A stretch of DNA of 64,000 nt from Lytechinus pictus (lineage: Eukaryota). The notes under the pieces are model-generated. The model was not told the origin of the DNA and did no database searches. It was given only the letters and a program-made list of their open reading frames with translations. Shown here one piece after another: positions 28,101 through 41,900 of this stretch. The translations under genes were made by a program, and so were the position numbers. How positions within the stretch are numbered: position 1 is the stretch's first letter; the number at the start of each line of letters is the position of its first letter. The stretch is from assembly GCF_037042905.1 (NCBI RefSeq), contig NC_087245.1, forward strand, positions 3,598,001 through 3,662,000, read 5' to 3'.

Positions 28101-30059
28101 GATAATAGTATGTGTGTGTGTGTGGCCTGGACATATTTTGCCTTCATATTGTATAACAGTGTTATTTTACTATGGGCAGTTTGGAGTAAAAACACATGAT
28201 TTTCCCCAAAGATGTTTTGATTTTGAGGTTTATTTCTATTACCTGTCACTCGTCTTCAAGATTGAAAATACAGGAATTCCTGAAGTTGCGGTTCAGATTC
28301 ATGCATTGTATACCTGCACATAGGTATTCTCTACAGGAATGTCATACTGCCATGACACCAAATTTAAATCTTTATTAATTCTTCTTAAATCCTGTTAATT
28401 ATTTTAGTGTGAAGATACAACTTATATACCTTGTATAACAGATATACATATCACCTGTTGTCTTAACCTTCAGGTCACCTGCAAGTTGGGATAATTCGGC
28501 AATTCTTAATCAATTTGTTACCTCCTTAACCTAGCTGTTCCGATTGGGGATGCAAGGTGTTGTAGTTAAATAAATAACTTGGACAAGGTTTGATATGTTT
28601 TTTCAACCATAGATTATAGTTAGTCGTTCCACAAAACATGGTTATTGCAGGTTCTAATATTATCCTTTATACTGTAAATGAACTTCCCACCATCAGTTAT
28701 ATTATACGTTGGTGTTTTTTAAAACTATATACAGGATTAAGTACATGTAGATTTATCAACATGTAAAAAACCATATGAAGAAACCTGATTTATGCCTCTG
28801 AATATATGACTTGGGTTTTAGGAAGTAACAATTGACTTGGCAACTGAATGTGGCAAAATGCTCTTTGTCAAGGGTATGAAAGGTGTCACTATTCAAGGAT
28901 ACTGATACACTTAACATGTGAGAATCTGTCGAAAGTCGTCATATTTCCTCAATTTGTGGTGTCAAACGTCACATTCCATAGTCAGGCAGGTGTCTAGAAG
29001 AGGTGAGAAAAATGTGAAAAAGCAAGCATGAGACAGGTGTAATGAGCTAAAACTGGTAAAAGATAGGTCAGATTGAGACCAAATTTAAACCAGAAATAAC
29101 TGATGTTGTAAACCAGAGTGTAGTTCAAGGTTGAGGGTTTGGTGTTAATTTCATTTTTGTCTGGAATCTTAGAGAAATGGGTTATTTTATTCAGAGTATT
29201 AGGAAGGAATCTAGAGAGTTGGGAAAGGTTAAAATAACTACATGGAGGGGCATAATACTTACCTCTGTAAATGTAGACAGTACAAGATTCTCACACAGAT
29301 GTACATGTATCACTAGTTCAAGATTTCTTATTTTATGAATAGATGAAGGTCCATCTTTAACTTGCAATTGGGCAGTTTTGCAGACCCACCCCCCCCCCCT
29401 CCCCAAACCCTTGTTTAATAATTGCTTTGATCTGCCTCGCGATACTGCCATTGTTACAAAATCTTGACACTTAACACATATGGATTACAGGAAAGAGCAT
29501 AATTGTACCTTGGGTCATTTCACAACCCATGATGATAAGTACAAATTATTAATTGACCACTTGTCCCACCTGGTGTGAATAAAGACTACTTACTCATATT
29601 TAATACACCTGCTGGACAAATGCTGAACAAAGGGATGTTGTTATTCAGAGGTTGAACTTTTCAAAGTCTTGCTATGTAGCTCCAAAGACGTGAAAGTTTA
29701 CAGTTATTTCTCGAAGAGAACACCTGTCATCTTTCACAGATATAATTTGTTAATTTGTTAAATGTACGATTGTAGTATCGTTCTTTTACTTTCCTCTCCC
29801 ATAGTAATATATACAAGAGATATTGAATTTTGAATGTGTAATGATTCTTATACAATACAGTTCAAATTGTCATTGTTTTTTTTTGTGAGGTTTACTTTTG
29901 GTTCAGAATTGTAAGTAAAAAACTGGTCCAGCAAAAATGGTAAAATATCCCAATTCTGATGACTTAAATGTTACCTGGAATTAGGGTTGCTGTGGAGTTT
30001 ATTGAAAAATATGAGTACATTCTCATGCAAAACATATCACATCTCATCTATGCCCTTGA

Positions 30060-30280
30060 ACTAGTGAAGTGGAAACCAGTTTAATGGAAACTAATATTGC
30101 ATTTAAAGGAACGGTCAAAGCGGTCTTGGAAGTGATCTTAAATGGTCTTCTAAACCAGTTTAATGGAAACTAGTATTGCATGTAAAGGAACGGTCAAAGC
30201 GGTCTTGGAAGTGATCTTAAATGGTCTTCTAAACCAGTTTGGAAAACTACCTCACAATGTGATTTTCAAGACCACTTTCT
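30060..30280. mobile_element. Fragment of MITE family C containing a ~79-bp tandem duplication
   Basis: AAACCAGTTTAATGGAAACTA...GGAACGGTCAAAGCGGTCTTGGAAGTGATCTTAAATGGTCTTCT occurs twice; related to the reverse complement of 14840-14950. Confidence 0.7.
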
Positions 30281-31660
30281 GATTTCTATTTTCTGATTCG
30301 GGTGGATCAGAGAATGTTTGGTATTCTTGAACTTCAACGTGGTCTGAATATGCCCTACATGATATGCATGTTTAGGGCTATTTCATTCCCAGCTTCACTG
30401 CCTTCACATATCAGATATTATTCTCTTTCGTTCTAAGGAAGTTTTGATTAGAGTTTGTGTCAATAGTTACAGGGTATGTTGCTTGGTAAAACAGTTGTTT
30501 CATAGGAAATATTTGATTATATAGGAAAGGGGATGGATATTTCCGGCTGGAATTCAACTGTCTCTCAACAGGTACAATGAGCTGGCTCGCTTTCAGAGGC
30601 CCTTCAATATGTAAAAGGGCTCTGAATGTAACTTGAGCTTTTGGAAGGTGGAATGATACTGAATGATAAAAGACAAAGAAAAAAAGAAAAGAAATATATT
30701 CTATAATTATTCAAAAAATATATTCAAAAAACTGTTTTTTTTTTCATAATGTAGCCTATATATTGAGCATTTTCTTGGCTGTTAAGAAGCCACCATAAAG
30801 ATTTATACAGTATAATAAGTAAAAAAAAAACAATTTAGGTCACATCCAATTTATTTTCTAACAGGAATTATTGAGATAAAGCGATTTGAACATGCAGCAG
30901 ACTACACATTATAATATGAGCAATTGATTTGTACAAAATGTCTATGGCAGAAATTAGTCTCATGCACAAATCCAATTTAACGTTAATGACACTGACTTGT
31001 CATAAGAATTGGTATGCATATTCCTATCATTCTCTATCTCTCTCTCTCTCTCACTGTTTCATTGTCCCTCGATGATCAGGCGTCAATACATGCACATAAT
31101 TCCTAACGATTGCAGTTCAAGTTTCAACTGTTTTCATCTTTTTATCAGTTTCAGACTTGAAGAAGTGGAAGCTTTTATGGGGAAGGTAATTCCGTTTTAC
31201 TTCATGAAGTGGTTGTTAATTCCACCGCTTTAAAGCTTACAAGCCAAATAATACAGTATTTTGGTGGCTTCCATTGTGCTTTTCAGCAATCCTTTAAAAG
31301 GGAACCTTAATATCTGCTTAAGTTTAACTAAAGCCCACTATTTCTGATCCTATGAATAAGTCTAATCTGAATATAGCAAGCTAATCTCTGATATCACTTG
31401 AAAAGCGAGTCACCCATATCCTTAAACTTGACTGCATAGAATACCCTACCAATTCATAAGAATTGAGGACAATCCTTTATGCATATTTGAAGTACTTGTA
31501 CTTGTTCATGGTTCACCATACAACAGCTCCAGTCCAACCAAGAATGAAAGTTTTACATAGCTCAATGTTAACGAAGCCCATTTTCATGAATCACCTCTCA
31601 GAAAGGTCTTCTTCTTTAGGCTGCTTTTATCAACTTCTTCATAGCTTTTAAATTATCAAA

Positions 31661-32123
31661 AGGTGGTTTCAGACCACCTCAAAGTTTGTCAGTTCCATCG
31701 ATTTTCTGATTGATAAATTTTCCCTGATCTACCCCAATCAGAAAATTCTAGGTAAATTTGGCAGTGTGATAGCAAATTATGCGTAATATTCCTGAAAGAA
31801 AATACCTGCTAAATAGTAGGTACTTATCAAAATTACAAGAACTTTAGCAGGGATCTTTCCAAGGTCGCAGGTATTTTAGAAGTGTGAAAGCATATATTTG
31901 GAACTTTCTTAGCCCAGCTTGTAGTTAGGCAGGGGTGCCGTGGGTGGCTGCTGAGCTAGCGATTTTGAATCTCACGCCTTTTCTGCTCGTAACTTCGAAA
32001 ACTTTCCCTGACGGGTATGTTTTGTGGTGGTGTGAACGCAGGAATATTTATCGGGTATTTTTTAGCCCAGAAAAGTTCTTGTTTAACAGGGATTCTTGTG
32101 ATCTAGGCGGTTCGAAACCACCT
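31661..32123 (-). mobile_element. MITE family A, moderately diverged, TSD AAA
   Basis: AGGTGGTTTCAGACCACCTC ... GGCGGTTCGAAACCACCT, flanked by AAA. Confidence 0.87.
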
Positions 32124-35100
32124 AAAGACGGTTGCAAATCTTATGGAGATCCAAAGGCCACAGATGCAGCTTTGTGAAGCCTCTGAATAAATATTGTGTA
32201 TATATATGGTGTATGCTGATGAGAAACTAGAAAACACCACTGTACAATTTCCGATCAGCTCTGTATGGGGTAATACCTCCATTGTTCTTACAAGTCAGTG
32301 CAATGTGCTGTATGATATGAATGAATGTATTGCAAACTTTAGCCAAAGTGCCGTTTCTCACAAAATGTGCAAAATTCATACATGAAATAATTATGCAATA
32401 TTTTCAGTAAAGTTTGTCCTGAGAATAGATTACATTCAAGTTTATGTATTGCTAGTAGGCTTATGTGGGTACATATGAAAGGATTAGTTGAGAAATATTT
32501 GATATTTCATTTCTAGGACCCGTAGAATGGAGTTTGATTTGTTTGCACCAGAAAGGTAACTTCTATAGCAACTAATGTCTGTCTATATTCCCAATGGGCA
32601 TGGGACTTGCAAAAGCCACATTCAAGGATTGGTCTAGTTGGTTAATAGTAATGTTTACAAACATTTCCTCTTCATATGGAATACCGTTCTAATATTATGC
32701 AAGGCTAACCCTTGTCATTGCTATTGTTTTTGTTTTTTTTTGGGGGGGGGGGCTGGAGGATAAGGAGTTAATTTCATTATATCATTAAGACTATTTATGT
32801 AGTTAGTAGAATTGTTAATTGAATCAGGATTTTTGAAACAAATATTTCCTCTTGTTGAAATTGTTACATTTTGTTAAACAAGGTTGATCCCTGTATTAAA
32901 AAAAAAAAGTTTTTCCTTATGGGGGGGGGGGAGATGGTTAAAAATTATACTAATTAAAGTTTTCATCATTAGTCAGTTATCACATTTTTATAGATCTCAT
33001 AATTTCCCAGGCAGTGGTCTAGCATACATTTCCTCTTGATTATGGAATAATCTTTCAACTTTTGCAAAGATTCAGCCAATAACAGGGGTCAATACACTTT
33101 TGTAAGATGGAATGTTCGATAATCCTTCAATTCAATTTATATTATTGAACTTCTACCACTGCAATATGAACATGATTTTATTCAGTAGAAAAATCACATT
33201 TGTATATCTATATCAGAAATATTATCTTGTTTTTACTTTTAATGAGAACAGTTTATTCGATTTAATGAATGTATGAATTATAATTCAAAATAAGTTAATA
33301 TAAACATAAGGAGAGTATTTGAACCTTAAAATAATTCTTTATCATGGGGAGATATGCATGTACATGTATTTGCCCTAGTTGTACATCTCCTCGTTAAATG
33401 ATGATAATAATAGTAGCATATTTCTTTTGAGTCACTCATAAGCATACTATCAACATCACATCCAATTATCAATAATTGTCACAGCCAGCTGCTGAAAGAC
33501 CTGGCTAGCACTCACTAACTTTTCTTATATAAGTCTGAGATTTAATTACACTGAGGAAATCCTATTAAAGACTCATTATTATAGGTCTAGACAAATCGTA
33601 CCTGGGAATGATCACAACTAAAACTACTGTAGACATGGTAGAAGGTCGTTAAAATTAGAAAAGTTGCTTCATTTATCTATAGATGTATCTATGTCAATAT
33701 GATGAAAGATTGTGTAATATGCCCAAGTTAGCCCCCCCCCCCCCCATAGCCTGTCATTAGTGCTCTCTTTCAGTAATGCTTTAATTCTTCTTTGAAATAC
33801 GGCAATTCTTAGAAATTTAGTTACTGCATATCAGAAAGCTACAAACAAACATATATCCTGAAATTTCAGCCAATTTCATGTTTGAGAAATCACAGAATAG
33901 ATCTTTCCAAAAACATATTTGTATTCTATACCATCCACCCCACATCAGTTTTAGGACTTGCACCTATACATGAGTTGTGACAGAAATTGGGTGAATTTAC
34001 CCAAATTAATATATATTGCTTTGTGGTATGAATAAATCTCTTTGTTTTTTAGGAGGACCCATAAGAGCAAATTTCATGAATGTTTGTAGGTAAAACATAT
34101 ATGTAGAGATGCAGAGATAGGTTTCGACTCAGCATGTGCTACAGTACATGTATAATGTTTATAAAAATAAGAAACGTAATATAATATAATATAAATATCA
34201 AATAGAAATAATTGTAAGAATAAATCTATTCATTTTCTTGCTTCAGACAGATAATAATTTACAGATCTAATCACTATTTCACAAAAATGTTCATTCTTTA
34301 ACAATTTCAGAAAACTTGTTTATTAATGTGATAAGTGTCACTGACAACTTTCTTCATAAAATAGTTCCATAAGTATCAAATTATGACAATGTCAGTGATG
34401 ATTCTACATCTAACATAGATGTGCCAGGCATTGTTCTGACTCATTTTAATCTCTTATTTAAATCCTATGCTTAACAGACACTTTCTCATTATTCTTTAGA
34501 GATTTTTTAATGTTCACTATTAATCTCTCAATGTCTATAATATTATATGACCTCATCGATCCAATCGCAAGGCACTGGCATGCACCCACCTCATATTGCA
34601 AAACAACAACTTTGAAAACTGAAGAAGAATTTTCCAATTAGAATATAACTTTTAAAGTTAAATCAGGAATAATATCATGATAGGAATAGTTTCCATATGT
34701 CTGAAGTGAGTGGGTTTGAAGAGGTAGAAAGGGACTGTCTCAAACTAATATATTTATTAAAAAAAAGCATTTTGGCAGAGAAAACTTTTTTTTTAACCAG
34801 AGTTTTTAAACTGCTTTGAAGCAAATGACAGACTATTACACACCCACAATTATGATTGTACTTCATGACATGAAATATCAGATATTTATCTCTTTATGCT
34901 ATTGACCATGGTTTGACTCTACTTGAAAATTATTGTAACTTTATATGATTCACACAAAAAAGTATGGTGAGAAGTACTTTTGAAGGAAGGTGATGGTCAA
35001 TTTCTGTTATTGTTGGTCCAGATTTTTCCCCATGTCAGATTTTTATAGGATTTCTTTTCTTGGATTAAATGTATATCAAAGTATCACATTGCTTGTGAAG

Positions 35101-36171
35101 CTTTCCAGATCATATAGCCCAAATCTTTAATGTTTCCCAAGTATTTTGTAAGTAACATTTATTACAGTTAAACATGATGTATGTAGCCCTAAATCGTCAT
35201 CGGAAGTACTGATCACTGATATATTTTATAAGAAGAGTGTTATAAGCATGGTTTATTGTGAGAGAATGTTCTTTGCTTTAGGGATGAAATAGAGTATGAA
35301 TGGGTGCCTCAATATCTGAAGAGTTCATGGTAGGGGCACGCCAAACCATCGTAAAGGTGTCTGAACAATCCTGAATAGATTCACCATACCATGAATGATC
35401 AATTTAATGCAATATTAAACCCTTTCAAGAACTACACATTCATCAGCTATTTTCAAGAATTCCAACTTGAACGGGGTTCAATCCTACCCGCCAGTGCTTT
35501 TGATAAATCTTAAAATAGGTCGTGCTGGGAACAAATTAGTACAAATCTCACAGAATTATAGTAATGATGGTTTTGCGAGGTGCTATACTATACCAATTTG
35601 TTTATTTGTTGTTTGTTAAATGCGTGCAAGAATATTTGTTTTTGCGGTCATTGATGGGGTGTTGAAAAGTAGAAATGGCTTAATTTCACGGTTGATTTGA
35701 TGTTAGGCTTAGAAATCGGAAGTCATCAGTTGTCAGCTTGCTTTAAAATGGAACCAACTTGATGTCCTAAGGGAGTGTGTTTTATTGCATTGATGATGGA
35801 ATATTAATACTTCTCTGCTCTCATATCTGATTCATATCCGATTTTTCCCCATCAAATTTGTTGCTTGTGGCAGCTGGTGTTAGAGATGTATCTCTAACTC
35901 CAAAATAGACCTAAAGTTTATGCTTCCAGAAGTAAATCTTGCAGTAGAGCTTGTTTTCAGTAATATCACGTAAAAAAAAGTATTAATTTGGAGGGCTTGG
36001 AGCTAAAATGTAAAATGATTCACCTGAATTATCGCACTAAATGTTAAAAGACAGCTAGTCCTCGCCAATCCTGATATTTTCAAACTGTTGTGTAAACCCT
36101 TCAAAACAAATGAACATTGGTGCCTTCCAAGCTGCATGACTGGTGCTGTGACATCCATGTACACAAACTTA

Positions 36172-36607
36172 GACCCCGTTCTCATTACCGTCCTAAAATT
36201 AGTTTACTGGAAACCGCTTCAGGAAACCAGTTTGGAAGATAGCTTTGCCAGCGTTCCCACTTGTTCACTCAAAAGTGTTTTTTCAAAGCTATTTCATGTA
36301 AAGCGGTTTGGCGCTATGGGAACGCTCTCAGTGGGGGGGGGGACATGTATTGTGCAAAATTTGAAACTGCAGCAAAGACAGTGTGTAGAGTAGCATGCTC
36401 AAAATGTGCGAAGATTGCTTCCTGAAAACAGTTGTGTCCTCGCACTAAAACCAGCTTAACGAGGCAAAGTGATCTTGGAAACTACATCGCAAGGTGGATT
36501 TCTGAACCGGTTTTGAAGATTGCTTCCAAGACCTCTTTAAGCATTCTCATTACAGGTTTGAATAGTTTCCAGTAGACTAGTTTTAAGACTGTAATGAGAA
36601 CAGGGTC
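36172..36607. mobile_element. Harbinger-like MITE family C, full length, TTA TSD
   Basis: TIRs GACCCCGTTCTCATTAC / GTAATGAGAACAGGGTC, flanked by TTA. Confidence 0.87.
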
Positions 36608-37470
36608 TTAGTTTGAAATGCTTGAACCCCTATGTTGAATGACATCATCCCCTATACTTTACATGTTTACATTAAATCATATCATCAGAGATACCAACAG
36701 TGAAGTGATATTTTGGTTGTCTATTGTTTGTATCTCTATGAGGCATCCCATGATCCTCTGTTTCTAGTGGAGACCAGCGACCCGTCCCCATCAGCAAACC
36801 TTGGTGTGTATATTGTACCTGTCATGTCATGTAAATACTCTATAGTAATATCATGGCAAAATGTAAATAAGCATGGACCACACACATTCTTGTTTCATAT
36901 TAACTCAAGAACCTTGTACTGAAAGGTGAGTGAATTTGATCTTCAAATAAAATCATCAAACAGATATCCAGAATGTGGCAGAAGATGTAGGTCTATGTCC
37001 GGCCACCTGACCTAGGAAGTTGTAGGGTCGAAACATTGAAGGTTGCAGACCAGGTTCTTCTATGTCCCATATAATTATGCAGGATGTTGGCAAGCATTGG
37101 CTTGTTACTCGATGATAGTACCTCAAAACATTAGTTTCATTGTAGCATGCTTTCATAGTATGTCTTTATCATAAGGGATGCAGTTTTTAAAAGAAGATTC
37201 CACTTAATATTTTTGTGTTTGGGGATACTATTGCAACTAGTGCAACAGTGAATTATAAAACTGGACCTCAGTGCAACCCTACAAGATTTGTTGTTTAAGA
37301 AATATTCCTGTATCTATATTATTTTAAATCAATCTGTAGACCTGTCAGCTGTTGACTTACCAGCATTTTGGTATTTTGCTCATTTTTCAATAACAAAGAC
37401 TGTCAGAAGCATGCCAGACATAGAATAAAAGTGAACAACAAATAAATGTATGTAGGCCCCCCCTATCTTA

Positions 37471-37938
37471 TATGCTTTTCACACTGTACTTTTTTTCCTT
37501 AACCCCGGGAAATTGGTGGGACTAAGGGGGGGCCGTAGCCCCACCAATTTACCGGGGTTAAGCTTAGCCCACTTCGTTTTCACACTAGGTTTTAGCAAAG
37601 TGGGCTAGCACGGTAAATAGTACGGTACTATCTGGCCCTGCAAAAAAGCAGGGTTAGCCGGCTTGTTGTGGTGCTAGCACCACAATTGCGGTGCTAAGAG
37701 ATGCAGTGTGAAACGAAACTGGGCTAAGGAAAAGTGGGGCTAAGCAATAGCCAATCACAGAAGTCGAAATTGCACGTTAATCACGCTCTGTATGGTAAAA
37801 TCATCAATATTAATGAGCTGTGGGATAGTCCGGGGTTAAGGCGTTAACCCCGGCTAAGCAGATAGTATGGGGTTAAAAGACAGTGTGAATCCAAAAAAAG
37901 ATAGTATGGGGTTAAGGTAATGCAATGTGAAAAGCATA
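37471..37938. mobile_element. Harbinger-like MITE family B, copy 2 (inverted relative to copy 1), TTA TSD
   Basis: TATGCTTTTCACAC ... TGTGAAAAGCATA, flanked by TTA. Confidence 0.9.
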
Positions 37939-38835
37939 TTAGAGAATAGGTTAAATTCTAGAAACATAAGCTTTATGAATAGGTAAATTTCTGAATGAAC
38001 ATTAATGTTCATATTTGTAAAAAAAAAAGTTGGAAAAGAATCATTACCGATATAACATGTGTATCTGCAGTTTAAATCTCATAATTATATTTGATGAAGA
38101 AAGTACACAGAACTTTTCACCTTCTAATCCTTCATGACACCACACAGGGTATGAATAGAATGTTTGTAAGGTGGCATGTTGTAATAGTATATTCCATAGA
38201 TCTTCTTTGAATTCATTCACAAGCTCTTAAGAAGGATCATCTTGACTAAACTCAATTTGATGTTTTCAGTAAAAGTAACTTATTGTGAGATTAAAGCAAA
38301 GCAATTCTTGAAGTGGGTTAATCTTTATTTTACAAGCAGGGTGGTGTATTGGGTGTATCTGGAGGCAGTTTCCTAATCTCATCTGAAAAGGCAAAGGCAG
38401 TGGGAGTTTGATATAATTCAGTGGGCTGAGAATAATATGGGGGCAAAATTTACAAATGATGATTGATTCTGGGGAAGATTGTAGTTGTAAATCAGGACAC
38501 TGGATAGGTTTCTTTAATCTTTGTCATTGTTACCAGGGATTTCATTCTGGATTGGGAGTGGCAATTGCAAATTGAGATTTCATTGAGAATAGTTTACAAT
38601 ACATTGATATGGAATTGTGGTGGGGGTGATGTTTACCTCTGTCAAAGAATTGAATCCATGGTAGTGTTGACGGATGTCATGGTAGATTCTATAATTTAGA
38701 TGAATACAGATCGAGCTTCTTTCTCCCACACCAATAATGATTTTTCATTGATTCTTCTCACAAAACAAACTAAGAAATCCACTTTTGATATTGTGATTTC
38801 TGATATTTTTGTGAACATTGACCAGGCACACATTG

Positions 38836-38975
38836 ACCGGGCATGTTGGCTCAATGGTAGAGTGCCCTCATGATTGGAAGGTCGTAGGTTCAAAACCTGG
38901 TCCAGCCACACTTCAGGATTATGAAAATGGACCATGCCTGCTCTCTAGGTACTCAGCATTGAGAGTGGAAGGATA
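38836..38975 (+). mobile_element. Degenerate tRNA-derived SINE, possibly Meta-domain type
   Basis: A box TGGCTCAATGGTAGAG, B box GGTTCAAAACC, then GATTATGAAAATGGACCATGCCTGCTCTCTAGGTACTCAGCATT, which resembles from memory the Meta-SINE central domain. Confidence 0.6.
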
Positions 38976-41900
38976 ATGATATCAACTTATGTTATTATGA
39001 AACTGCTCATTGGTAGATCGGTTTCATTATTCAAGTGGCTATTGTGGGTAATTATTGGGTTACAAATTTGGTTTTATTATCATTACATTTCATTTATATT
39101 ACAAAATTTCTCATTTGTTCAAGGTATGTTGTAACTTTAACAACATAAATGTTTATCCAAGAAATTTTCCTTTCTTCCATGCTATAGTTCTTCGTGAAAC
39201 TTTTCATAAAAAAGAATAATGAGCATATTTGAGCATCCTGAAATTTTGTCAATCTTCTTTTAGATTCATATAAAAAGTGTAATTTTTTCTATTTAAGTTG
39301 TGTTGATAAGGTCTGTATCATGGTCTTAGTGCTAGAAGGAGTTTCAAGTTAAGTCCTTCAAAGAGGGTTTCTGCCCTTCTGCCTTTGAAAGACAACAGAT
39401 TGTTGGCAGGCAATCTTTAGCGTGATGACATTAATGATTAGACGGATGCTGTCATTATCAAGAATGAATCACAAGTGCATTTAGAAAGAAGATGAATGAT
39501 GATTTTGAACAGAAGTTTCTTTCTTTAAATGTTGTTCATGTTGCACAATATAATGTATGTTGATAGCTTTCTGACTCTTATCCAAGCTTGAGCATGTCAG
39601 TTTTGTATTCTAATCCATAATTAGTTGAAAGTAAAAAAAATCTTTTACTTCCAGTTTCTTTCTATTTCTATGTATTTCTGTCTGGCCAGGTCTATATGTT
39701 CTTCTTTCCTTTTATGATTGCATAACATTGTTTTTAGATGGAGATGTTAGCTTATACCTCAGTTGCATTTACTCTATGGCGAGTCAAAAATGTCATGCAC
39801 CTTTTCAAGTAAGGCTTTGCAAAAGGGACTGGTCCAGATATATGTACTTTCAGATGGTGACCCTTTGCTGTCATGTTCATTACAATGCAAAACTTAAATT
39901 TACAGAAGTAAACCATTACTGTATGTATCTGTAAATGCAATCAAGCTCACTTGTACATTTAAATTCAGAGAGGTGCAAACTAACTTGACTACATTTTGCC
40001 AGTCTGTCAGCCTGATTTGTCCTGTTTGTAGTTCCGCCTTTAAACACTCGGCAGCAGTAAGTTGGTGTAACTTTGTGACATTTGTGGATCAGGGGTTGGT
40101 TCGAAGGTTAATTCAATAACGATTGCTGCTTTCTTTCGTTTTAGACTACTCCATTTTCATCTTCCTACTCATATTATCGGGCGGTTCATTATAACTATAG
40201 TTATTGAGTGATGTCATGATTACGAGCATGTGAGAGCTGATTCCAGAAAAAAATCATCAAAATAGTTCTTTTTTTAAAGACGGAATCACCTGTAGGGAAT
40301 TGTAGATTATAAATCAATATCTATATTCCTTTGCGACCTACTTCCCTTACACTGATTTTGGGATTGTTAATGCCTATGGTAAAAATGGTAGGAGATAATC
40401 AAGATGAATTTGTTTTAAACTGTCATAGAAGATAGTGTAACAAAACTTGTGAAATTGAATGTTATCTCTATCATTTCTTTCTTTGTATGTAGGCTATAAG
40501 TCACTTAAATTACCAAAATTTGTAAAGAAGTTATCCTCCTGAAATCTGGAAACACAAACCAACCTGAAATATTGTAAACAGGTTTTGTTGTCAATTATCA
40601 AAAGTATTTCTATTATTCTTGTATGATCAATCAAAAGTTGATACTTGTTAACAGAGTGAATAAACTGCAACAGGTTTATTACCCCCTCTTTTGAGACCAA
40701 GGAGGTCTTGACCACATACAGACCTACTTCTTTTTCAGTGGAGGGGGAATTCACTTATGGGAATTAATTATATTCTGTGAATTTACATGAACCTTACTTA
40801 TTCTTATGACCTTGCTTTAATTTGACTTCTGATCTGAAGGGGGGGGGGGTGGGAGCTCAAATCATATTAAAATATTTCCCTATCTCATGAGTTATTGCTT
40901 GAGACAATACATAGATTTTATTTTCTAAGAGAGTTCATGTAATTAGGTCCCCCTCGTATGATGCTAAAAACATTTTCCCGCTTACAGGGTAAATATCCAT
41001 GTAAAATAATGACAGCTACCTTTTTTGGATTGATATAGTAGCACACTGAACAGCTCATGATGAATACTAATAAAAATCTGCAGAGTATTCAAAATCAATG
41101 TAAATTTTAATGCCTTATTATTCAATTCAAACCAGAGTATACCTATTTTTTAAATTGAATTAACCCAATCAAAGATTTCTCGTGATTCTATTCAGTTGCC
41201 ATACTGTTCTGACTACAGACACTTCCACTCCCTACTTGTCCACGTCCAAAGTTATGTTTTGTAGAGGGAAACATGTCAGACAGTCTGAAGATGATAGTAG
41301 TAAAAGGTCATCAGGGTGATCCATTGCCCAAATATGATATTTACCTCTCAGTATTTGTGCTTCTAGTGTTATCTCGATATAATTGCGATTCTACGAGCAT
41401 TTACAACCTTACTGAGAGAAAGGTGAAGTGTTTATTTCAACATTTGTAGATCTCATGTGCAAATTTGCTCAATGAGTGAAAGAAGGAAAACCAGTGGATG
41501 AGAGCTAGGAAGGTATAAAACAAGAGGTACTTGTCCTTCGGTAGCAAATTGTTACGCCCGGTGTTAAGGTTGTCAAGTTGAAGATTTGGTCAGTGATAGG
41601 GTAGTCAAAAAATGTTAGAGATTGATATTGTTTTTCAGTAGAATGCATCAGTTTGGCAATCTCTAATGATCTCTTAGATGATATTTTATTTTTAGACTTT
41701 CTCGCTGGTTAAAAATGGCAAGTATTTACAAAAACCACTTTGTGAATTTGGCTGAAATTGTATATCTGTGTGATCATGAACTGTCATAAGATGAAGATAT
41801 CATGTGTAGTTTCAGTAGGCCTGCAAGTTTTTTTTCATAAGCTTTGCTAATATTTCTACATGGAGTCATACTTCTGAGAAAGAATGTCATTTTTCATTGA

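Noticed and set aside
31155..31185. Possible 31-nt exon (TTTCAG...GAAG|GTAATT) in the large intron
   Set aside because: The length is not a multiple of three and would break the phase 1-1 FN3-TSPN frame. It could only be a UTR or poison exon, which I cannot support.
35563..35666. Short hydrophobic ORF (MMVLRGAILYQFVYLLFVKCVQ...) as an alternative signal-peptide first exon
   Set aside because: No convincing phase-1 splice donor before the stop codon.
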